From NCBI RefSeq assembly GCF_009914755.1, contig NC_060927.1: a stretch of 64,000 nucleotides of DNA; one strand, given 5' to 3'. Of this stretch, positions 57,552 to 64,000 are shown piece by piece (position 1 is the first letter of the stretch; each line of letters starts with the position of its first letter). Source of the stretch: the human T2T-CHM13v2.0 reference genome, Homo sapiens. The notes beneath the pieces were generated by a model, which made no database searches, was not told the origin of the DNA, and saw nothing but the letters and a program-made list of their open reading frames with translations. Both the position numbers and the translations under genes were made by a program.

Positions 57552-59159
57552 ATATTTATAAATATATGTATACATATTATTAGAGAAATATGGCAAATCT
57601 TTTGAATAGAAACAAACTTAGCTCTTATAATCACTTAGTTAATAACAATTAAAAATAAATTTCAAATTTTGAAGAAGAAATCTGTTCTAATCATTGCACT
57701 GGGGCTGGGCATAGAAAATAATAATTAAATTTTATTTTTGAAAACAATTGTATAATGTGTATTTTCAGACAAGTAAAATAAAAGCATTTGAAATAAATCA
57801 CATTTTAGAAATTTCAAGATAAGAACACTTGGGTCAGTTTTTAAAAATTGGCCTTTGTATTACCTGAAAGGGCAGTATCATTTCAGACTTACATAGTGTA
57901 AATCTAGTTATCTGAGTTTCTCTAAATACTCATTGCCTCTGGGTCACAAAACTGCAAACAACCATTTTGAAAGGGATACCTTTTGGTACCCAAATCTTAA
58001 AAAATCTATAACAATTACATTTGTTTTAATAAAAAGTCAATTTTGAAAAAGAATAAACTCTCATACTTTGAGACAAGATAATAAAAACTACCAAAGTGAT
58101 ACTAAGTTTAAATAAAAAAGGTAATTTCTAAATATAAAATAAGGCTGTACTCACTATTAGAACTCTATCTTGATGTTTTAAAATCATTATTGTAATACAT
58201 TAATTGTGATACTAAATAAATATACATATTTCAGTATTTGCCATTTGAAATGCATTTGGGGCATATAAGTTTTCTTTGAAAAAATATGAAAACTGTCATT
58301 TGAAACAACTATAAAATCAATACATGTCAAAAATAAATTTAAAATTCCAGTGCTTATAAAGAATAAAAACTAACTTTGATATTATAAGAGCTTTCCCTAC
58401 AAATTATCCTGAAGTTGGTGTTATAAACTGTTACTTTTTAATTTAATATAATTTCAAACATAGGAAGTACTCAAGAATAACTCAACATGCATATGCCTTT
58501 TATTAAAATTAAATAACTATTTACTTTTGTTTTATTAGCTTTAACATTCTTTTTATATATTTACATATGTTAACACTTATTTCACATTAATATCAGGACT
58601 CCTATAGGGAGATATATATAGAGAAATATGTTAACTTTTCTGAAATGTTTGAAAATAATTTGGGAACTTATGATCATTGTATTTGTATATAAATTATTTG
58701 GTATGCTTTTTTGCTAAAAACAAGGGTATATTTTTAAATAACCTTTTGTTTCAAAATTAATAATATCATTAAATTTAACATTGATACCATAAATAACATT
58801 GATACAATAATATTAGCTAATATTACAGTCTACTATTACCTAATATTCAGATCATCTGCAAATCTGTTAAATTGTTAAAATAGCCAAAGAAATTCTGAAA
58901 AACAACAAAAAAGCAAAAATCCCAATACTCGGTTTCATAGAAACCTATTCACTTGTGCTGATGTCCTAAATAATATAATTTTTGAAGTTAGATTTTTAAA
59001 GGATTGGGCTGAAGCAGGTGGAGTTTCTAAGACTCTGGAGCACAGAATTCTTTAAGCTAGGTTTTGAGGGCATGGCTGTCTAGGCATCTAGACGTTCAAC
59101 AATCAATGTAACTTCACTTATGACTGAATTAGACAAATGAAACATTATAATATTATAGT

Positions 59160-59593
59160 GCTCTTTTAGGTTAGTTCCCCATAGGGAGTCATTGAGATAA
59201 GAATTCATGTGCAATTGATTTATTAAACACTTCAGAAATAGTAAGAGAGAGAGTACTAAAATAGGAAAAGGTGAGGAGTCACAAATAATTCCCAGCCCCA
59301 GACTGGTTTCGCAGTGAAATCGTCAGCATAAATTACAACTTAAGAGTTTTTTTTAAAGATCTATGCAAGGGATTCTGAATTTTGGTCTCCCTTATCAATA
59401 AGTCATTTATACCTGAGTGGGTTTAAACTCTCAGGCCCTTTCAGTTTTCTCCCTTTGAGGGAGAAGGTGTAGCAGGAAGAAAGGGACAGACCTATGCAGA
59501 AAACTGCAGGTGCCAAGCATTAAAAGCAAAGCACACAGAATCTTTAAATTGAATCCAAGGGGATATGGATGGGAAAGGACAGTGTCTGCTACA
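59160..59593 (-). mobile_element. Old ERVL-class LTR (LTR16/33/67-type)
   Basis: taggttagttcccc...tgagataagaattcatgtgcaattgatttatt at one end and gggatatggatggg...cagtgtctgctaca at the other. Confidence 0.65.
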
Positions 59594-60699
59594 ATGCCTT
59601 ACAGGACTTGAGGAGAAAGTTTAAAGGCAAACTGTGCTTATCTCATGATGTTACTAAAAGTGACACTTCCAGCTTCAATACTGCATAAAAACTATGAGAT
59701 AGAATATTGATGTCATAATTATTATTTCTGCATTGGAGAGTAGAAGTTGGCTATATTTTTGGATGTTAAATATATTTTGTAACTTTTCACATTGTATCAT
59801 TTGGTCATTCAAATATATGTCACTTCTATTACATCTAACGCTGAGCACTTTTTAGCATAAATAAAAATCGATTGATTTTTCATGTCTCTATTAATATTTT
59901 CCATGGGGAAGATATTGGAAAATTAATTGTACATCCCTTTAAACTGTGGATAAGTGATTAGTAGTTTGAAATAAAGGAGTGTTATAAATAAAAACTGAAC
60001 GGCCAAATATTACAGGGTCAGTCAGATGCAGTGTCTGGAGTTCTCACTTGATGGTGTGTGTGTGTGTGTGTGAGAAATAAAGCATTGAAAGGAGTGGTGT
60101 CTGTCACAATCTAGAATGTAGGTATAGAAACCATTGTGTGAGTAAGGGAAGGGGAAGGCCTCCGTAAGGTAGCAAGTAGGTAAGCCTGCAGGTAGGGGTA
60201 CTTCCTGTGAGGTGTGTCAGTAGCAACTGAGCTAAGACTTAATCTTTTTATCTAGTTTGCCAGGTACTAGTGGTTAGGTTAGCACCCATAAAAGATTCAC
60301 ATATGTGTGGCCCATGAAATAGAATTAGTCATAATGAGAACTAATCTTAAAAAGGCTCAGTCTTTAAAACCATTTTAATTAATTCATTTGTAAATATCTG
60401 ATATAATGTTTTAGGTGTATGGTAGTGACATGATGTTAAAATCCCAATGCCTCTAGGATTCCTTGTTTTAGCACTGTCGCCTTTTCTAGAACATCTACGT
60501 TTTTGGAACAATTTTAACAAAATAAATCAGACGAGAAGAACCAGCATTTGAGCTCAATACTCATTTCCAGTAAGGTGATTTACCTTCCAGGCAACCAGAA
60601 GCCTGTAATACAAAGTAATAGGGATTTCTGAATGCAATATCATAACAATGAGCAAATTGGTAATAAGCAATATGAAGAAAAAATGAAGCTGGGGGGTAG

Positions 60700-61090
60700 A
60701 AGTAAAGTGACAGGGCTATTTTATATATTGTTCTCATGTAAGGCCCCTCCATGGCAGTAACGTTAATAAGAGAACAAAATAAAGAGGCAAGTGATATGAC
60801 TCTGGAAAATACTGTTTGAGGCAGAGTAAGTAGCAATACAGATTCTGAAACAGCAGGGTGCTTGCTTTGTTTGAGGACCAGAAATAAGACCTGCATGGTG
60901 AAAGCGGAAACCCAAAGAGCTAGAGGAATGTGAAAGAGACCATAGAGGTAGAGAATTGATTCATGTAAACCTTACAGGGGCGATAAGAATTTTCTGAGTT
61001 AGAAACTATTGAAGCACAGGTATTACCTGTTACATATTTTAAATGGTCGTACTGGCAGTGGTGTGGCTAATATAACAGTGGAAGAAATTG
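60700..61090 (-). mobile_element. L2 fragment
   Basis: gcttgctttgtttgaggaccagaaataagacctgcatggtg...aaaccttacagggg matches antisense L2. Confidence 0.55.
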
Positions 61091-61694
61091 AGTAATGATT
61101 GTATCAGAGCAGCTTATTTTGTGGTTATAATGCCTTCTGTACTCACTGAGTTGTCCTTGGGAAACTTCGTAGAGCTCTTTGAAATTCAGCTATGTCATTT
61201 GAGAATAGGCCAAAATACTTATTTTATTGTCGTCTTTTGAGGTTAAAGAGAAATGCATGTTAGATAATCTTGTAAACTATAAAACATCAAATCAATACGA
61301 ATTGTAGAGAAATGTATAAAATTCTTTACACAAAACAGTGGTGAAATTCAGAAAATCTATCTATTTTCATTGGAAATCCATTAGGTTCCACATAATGACT
61401 TATAGTTAAATATCAATTATTTTTAAATATTTTCGCCTAATGTGACATCATTTTGAGCTAAGATATATATATATAAACAAATATTACATATATTTAACAA
61501 ATGAAGGCTCTTATTTATTAATTCTTTTTTTACTTGTTAGCAACTTACATATTTGAACTACTGAATGTTTGGTTTTTTAGGACACAATACTCTTAATTTT
61601 AAGAAGATTAACAAATGAATCTATCATGTTATTAGTTTTTGAAATAATTTTATTATTCCATACTTTGCATAATATCTCAATTAATTTTAATTGA

Positions 61695-61984
<290 letters not shown>

Positions 61985-62794
61985 AAATTTTAACTTATTT
62001 TTCAGTGAAAATGTTTTAATGAAGAGTTAGGCTACTTGTAGCATTTCTACTTTACTTAACTCTATCATCAATGACAATTACTAGAGAAATTTAAAATTAT
62101 CTGTACAAATAATGCCTTTTTTACTCCATAAATATTAATTTCAATACCTTCCAAATAATAAATTAAGTCCATAAACTTAATTATAAGCATATTACCAAAG
62201 CAAACTATGAAATTTGTCATAGTGCTCTAAATAGTAGCTGCTGCTTTAAAGAGTCCTTGATTGACCTCTGGCAAGAGGAACATTATTCAGTAAAATGAGT
62301 TATTTCACCTACAGAAATAGCATTCATTTGCCAACAATGTCGGTGAGTTTTCACCACTTCCTTTCATTTTAGCAATCAATTTGAGAGCTGTACTAAAAGC
62401 AGCATAAAGTTCATTGTCCTCTGGCACAAAATCAGACAGCACATTTAAATTTGGCTGTGCTATAAAACCCATGTAAACAATAAATGCTTTTACATAAAAA
62501 TATGTCCAAAGTGAAATACCTTAAAATACGTATAATAAATTAAAAAAGAGTGTTTTAGAAATCTTTAAGAATTTTTTTTCAGTTAATTTCATGGAAAATG
62601 CGTAACAAAAATTATGTACAAATTATTTATACTTGCTTATCTTTAGTTCAAAAATTTACATAGTTGTTTTAGCTAAAAAGCATAAAGTAATATTATTTTT
62701 TAAGTTTATACTTTGGACAATGACTACAAAAATTGTTATATACATTATTTGAAATAATTCACCAAAATGTTTTTTGAAGTTGGTGCTAGCACTA

Positions 62795-62915
62795 TATTGA
62801 GAAACTGAGGCATTGAGTTGGGTTATTTCCCCAAGCTCTCAAAGGGTAAATTATGGAGCCATGATTCAAATCCAAGCTGTCTGCACCCCAATCATAATTA
62901 TTAAACACTGTATTA
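62795..62915 (-). mobile_element. MIR core
   Basis: tgagaaactgaggcattgag...cccaagctctc...ggagccatgattcaaatccaagctgtctg. Confidence 0.75.
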
Positions 62916-64000
62916 TATTGCTTATGGAAAATCATAACAGAAATAATGTGAAGCAAAAATAATCTTCATTTAACCTTTTCTGATAATTTGATTTATTACC
63001 AAAGCTGCATGTTTGTAAAATCATATGATTTTTCACTTATCAAATTGATAAGATTTTTTTTCATCCAAACATGAGTTCAAATTGGAATGTCATATGATGC
63101 AATCTCTCTAAAAATAATTTAGGCAAATAAATTAAAAGCTTGATAAGAGGTATAACTTTTGACCCAGGAACTCGTAATTCAGAAAAGTAATTCTAGATTA
63201 TCAATGGTCAGGGCATGTGGAAATGGAAAGTCCCCAGAGAAGATTGCCTAAAGTGAAAATAACTGGTTGCCATGTTTATTGTAAGAAAAGAGTTCAGGAA
63301 CACAAGCCCATGATGATTAAAGGATGCAATATTACATTTCATTAGGCCCATAAAACTAGAGTTATTGGGTGGTGATATATGATTCTTAATAGAAACATTA
63401 TATAAACTGCACAAAGAGAATTTGTTTCAGGGTGGGAATATAACCACATAGCCACTTAGTTTTCATGGAAGACTTCATGATGTAGAGTTTGTCACCATTG
63501 TTTGAAATCAATTAGTGTAATTATAATATATAACTCACTTAAATCCCTGTTCTTTAGAGCAAATAAGACTTGAATTTTATTAATGACTAAGATTGTTACC
63601 AATAATTCACCCATTTAGCAAAGATAATGAAGTTTATAAACAGGAGAGACCCCTCTGGTCTTTGGTTGGCTAGCCTGGATACCATGTTAGAAATGATCCT
63701 CCATAATCCTTTGGTGCTCTGGTGTTTTTTTTTTTTTTTTTTTTTCCCCACTTTGGGCTATAGAATTCAGATTGCCAAGATCTCCCAGCTCCTGCCTCAC
63801 AACATCAGCAGAAACTGTGATTAAGCAGGAGAAGATCATTCTCAGTTACTCTTGGAAATAGGATACATCTACCAGTTTCCTAATTTGGGTAAATTTTTAC
63901 CTTCTGTTATCTCAGGTGCAGCCTAACCCAGTCTATCGGCATAAGGTTCCTCATGTTTATTTGATTCAGCTCAGCATGCACCCTCCTCAGGACACCTGGA

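Noticed and set aside
63620-64000. Possible LTR or exon at the window end
   Set aside because: Truncated by the window and not assignable to a family by eye.

Overview
AT-rich primate (human or ape-like) genomic DNA that looks intergenic or deep intronic. I find no supportable protein-coding gene, RNA gene, CRISPR array or prokaryote-type system. The ORFs I could trace come from Alu, LTR12, L1 or microsatellite sequence, and the rest are short with no recognisable product. The window is a mosaic of transposon fossils: 16 Alus or Alu fragments (J/S/Y), old L1M/L1MA/L1PA pieces, L2 and MIR, MaLR LTRs, ERVL internal and LTR fragments, LTR41, a MER34-like LTR, an intact solo LTR12C-like element with a 4-bp TSD, and DNA-transposon MITEs (MADE1, MER85, MER58, Tigger2-like). 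The most notable unexplained structure is a copy of an Alu tail plus ~165 bp of its 3' flank (7081-7246) found 27 kb away (34010-34194), carrying an inverted templated insert and a tandem duplication. Several other small template-switch scars are also present. Subfamily names are from memory of consensus sequences and boundaries of old elements are approximate.
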